Assembly (NCBI GenBank): GCA_900128565.1 | Contig: LT639098.1 | Location: 1 to 1,406 of the forward strand | Direction of reading: 5' to 3' | DNA: 1,406 nucleotides | Source of the DNA: Stramenopiles sp. TOSAG23-6 | Lineage: Eukaryota | In this document: positions 1 through 1,406 of the stretch, one piece after another | How the letters are laid out: every line of letters starts with the position of its first letter | Position numbering within the stretch: the stretch's first letter is position 1 | The notes under the pieces: model-generated | What the model was told of the DNA's origin: nothing | Database searches by the model: none | What the model saw: only the letters and a program-made list of their open reading frames with translations | Program-made: the position numbers and the translations under genes

Positions 1-142
1 AAAAATATAAAAAAAATGTAAAAAAAATATTTAAAAAAAAATGTAAAAAAAAAAAATGTAAAAAAAAAATATAAAAAAAAATATAAAAAAAATATAAAAA
101 AAAATATAAAAAAAATATAAAAAAAATATAAAAAAAAAATGT
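1..142. repeat. Degenerate tandem repeat A(8-12)-TRT, 12 units, period 11-15 bp
   Basis: TAT/TGT spacers start at 6, 17, 28, 42, 57, 70, 82, 93, 105, 116, 127 and 140, separated by A runs of 8-12. The array is truncated by the window edge. Confidence 0.92.
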
Positions 143-155
143 AGGGTTAGGGTTA
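142..155 (+). repeat. Short telomere-like tract TAGGG-TTAGGG-TTA
   Basis: About 2.3 exact TTAGGG units lie between the A-tract array and the intron donor. Confidence 0.7.
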
Positions 156-160
156 CGTAC

Positions 161-575
161 TATATTGTGTCCGTAGTAAAGAAACACTCACTGAATCCTT
201 TGGTAAAAATACTTTTGTATTATGTTTTGTACTACTTTTTGTATCTACCAAAGTATGTTCTAAATGATGTCTTGCCAAACGTTCAAATAAACTGATTTTT
301 AGTGGATGAGGAGAATTGTTAGGGTTAGGGTTTTGTGAATGAGGCAAACTATTACATCCAAACTCATCTTGTTTTGTATTTGTTGTATTTGTTGAATTTG
401 TTGTATTTGTTATATTTTCATCATCATTTATATAATGTACATTTTTTTCTGATAAAACTGTAGGTGGTAATTGGCAATGGTCTCCTGCCAAGACTAGTAA
501 ACCATTATTACTTAATCTACAAATAGGAACAAGGGCTTCTGGTTCTTGACATTGAGACGCTTCATCTAATAATAC
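161..575 (-). CDS. UPF1-like SF1B helicase, exon B (Walker B, motif III, start of AAA_12-type domain)
   Basis: The translation shows Walker B VLLDEASQCQEP, motif III LVLAGDHCQLPP (GDHCQLPP = 485-462), SLFERL (293-276) and LRTQY plus the first base of the expected Arg of QYR (176-161). The motif order continues exon A exactly. The 575 boundary is inferred from restoring FDL|VLLDEASQ and is uncertain by a few nt. Confidence 0.88.
318..332 (+). repeat. Short telomere-like tract G-TTAGGG-TTAGGG-TT inside exon B (encodes NPNPN)
   Basis: There are 2.5 exact TTAGGG units. The minus strand reads AAC CCT AAC CCT AAC. Confidence 0.7.
374..411. repeat. 9-bp coding tandem repeat (TTGTATTTG) x4, encoding TNTTNSTNTTNT
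   Basis: Units at 374, 383, 392 (one mismatch) and 401. Confidence 0.9.
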
Positions 576-667
576 AAGTATTGTGAAAAAATATTTCAAA
601 AAAAAAACGTTAGGTACGAAATTTCGTATGAAAACAAAATTAAATTATAAATTCATGTAAAACATAC
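576..667 (-). other. Putative 92-nt intron or insertion with GTATGT donor but no in-phase AG acceptor
   Basis: The minus strand has GTATGT (667-662), an in-frame TGA (655-653), a CTAAC branch-point-like motif (613-609) and a T10 tract (607-598). The segment changes the reading frame between two collinear helicase blocks. Removing 92 nt gives FDLVLLDEASQ. The exact borders are ambiguous because of a 7-bp direct repeat. Confidence 0.75.
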
Positions 668-1406
668 AAGATCAAATTCAAGATTTTTTAATGTTGCACT
701 TCCACTACTAGCACAGGTGCAACACAACACACGAGCATCACCAAGAATATCTCGCATTGCATGATTACGTATAGCATTATGAAATTTTGAACTTTCTTGT
801 GCTTCTCTTGTTGCATGTTTAACATTTTGTCTTGTCTGAGGATCAGAAGAAATTAAATTTGTTTCTACAGCATATCGAAGTTCCGATAATGAATTTTCTT
901 TTAATTGTTGAGCAGCATTCCAACCATTATCTTTTGAATCACTCAATCGTGATTCCATTGATAAAGACAACAAATTTTGTCTAATTTTTGATTCATGACC
1001 AAGACGAATAGCAGGAACGTCAAGTTGTTGAAGTTGAGATAAAAGAGCATCTACACCGACATTTGATGGTGCTGTGACTAATGCCATTCCTGTATTAGGA
1101 TTTCCACTAGAATCTGGACGATCTAACCACTCTTTAACAAGATGTGCAATTGAAAATGTTTTACCTGTACCAGGTGGACCTTGAATTAAGCTAAGTTTTT
1201 GACCTGGTGCGAGTGCTGTTTCAATACTTTCTCTTTGACTTTTGTTTAATCTTTTTTCATTGTTTGTTTTTTCGTTTTGACTTTTGTTTAATGTTTTTTC
1301 ATTGATTGTTTTGTTTATTTTGTTTATTTTGTTTTTTTTGTTATTACTACTATTATTTTGTAGTAATAAACTTCGTTCCATTGGATTATTTTGTAGTAAT
1401 AAACTT
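668..1406 (-). CDS. UPF1-like SF1B helicase (DNA2/NAM7 family, AAA_11-type domain), exon A, 5'-partial
   Basis: The translation shows the Q-motif LNKSQRESI, Walker A LIQGPPGTGKT (GPPGTGKT = 1180-1157), motif Ia TAPSNVGVD (1075-1049), IRLGH, and VLCCTCASSG followed by LKNLEFDL. The frame stays open upstream of the ORF-track ATG (SLLLQNNP-MER) to the window edge, so that ATG need not be the start. The exon is taken to end at CTT|GTATGT. The last ORF residues (VCFT*) are probably read-through into the intron. Confidence 0.92.
1234..1312. repeat. 42-bp-period in-frame tandem duplication (KTxNEKxLNKSQ x2)
   Basis: 1234-1270 and 1276-1312 match at 35 of 37 nt. Confidence 0.9.
1309..1334. repeat. 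9-bp coding repeat (TTTTGTTTA) x~3, encoding NKINKINK
   Basis: Units at 1309, 1318 and 1327 (partial). Confidence 0.75.
1352..1406. repeat. 33-bp-period direct repeat (SLLLQNN x2), truncated by window end
   Basis: ATTATTTTGTAGTAATAAACTT is identical at 1352-1373 and 1385-1406. Confidence 0.9.

Larger units (their letters stand above)
1..160 (-). other. Phase-1 spliceosomal intron, 5' part (3' end outside window)
   Basis: CAA TAT A|GTACGT gives a donor at 160-155 that splits the expected Arg codon of the conserved QYR motif. It is followed at once by an in-frame TAA and T-rich non-coding sequence. Confidence 0.85.

Noticed and set aside
1-155. True telomere, or poly(A) tail of a retroelement
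   Set aside because: There are only about 2 TTAGGG units in an internal position. The A runs are regularly interrupted and no retroelement body is visible in the window.
579-663. MITE or DNA transposon with terminal inverted repeats
   Set aside because: No convincing terminal inverted repeat lies just inside the direct repeats, so it is not called a mobile element on this evidence.
576-667. Programmed frameshift or read-through joining the two ORFs
   Set aside because: It would insert about 30 residues into the Walker B beta-strand and must bypass a TGA. The donor, branch-point and poly-T signals favour splicing.
576-667. U12-type (AT-AC) intron
   Set aside because: There is no RTATCCTT donor and no register gives AT..AC ends. 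The CCTAAC match alone is insufficient.
572-670. Ciliate IES with TA-containing pointer
   Set aside because: The exons contain many Gln codons but no in-frame TAA/TAG, so there is no sign of the common ciliate code. The segment also carries spliceosomal signals. This is disfavoured but not formally excluded.
153-1381. Two separate genes as given by the ORF track
   Set aside because: The motifs are consecutive parts of one helicase core. The TTG start of the 148-aa ORF and both stop codons fall in intron-like sequence.
1234-1406. CRISPR-like repeat-spacer array
   Set aside because: Each repeat has only two copies, the periods are multiples of 3 within an open frame, the gaps are only 5-11 nt, and the context is eukaryotic.
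161-1406. Assigning the symbol UPF1/NAM7 or IGHMBP2
   Set aside because: The family is clear, but the diagnostic terminal domains lie outside the window and the motifs do not single out one orthologue.

Overview
This AT-rich, eukaryote-like fragment carries the middle part of one minus-strand gene for a superfamily-1B UPF1-like (DNA2/NAM7/IGHMBP2-type) helicase. The two ORFs in the track are two exons of that gene. Exon A (1406->668, open at the window edge) has the Q-motif, Walker A, Ia and Ib/Ic. Exon B (~575->161) has Walker B, motif III, SLFERL and the start of QYR. A canonical GTACGT donor at 160 opens an intron filled with a phased A-tract repeat that runs off the window. The most unusual element is the 92-nt interruption inside the Walker B strand. 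It has a spliceosomal donor, branch point and poly-T tract but no AG acceptor in the right phase, and it is bounded by a 7-bp direct repeat (CTTGTAT). Short TTAGGG telomere-like tracts and several in-frame tandem duplications are also present. I see no prokaryotic, CRISPR, RNA-gene or multi-gene system. The organism cannot be identified from this sequence.
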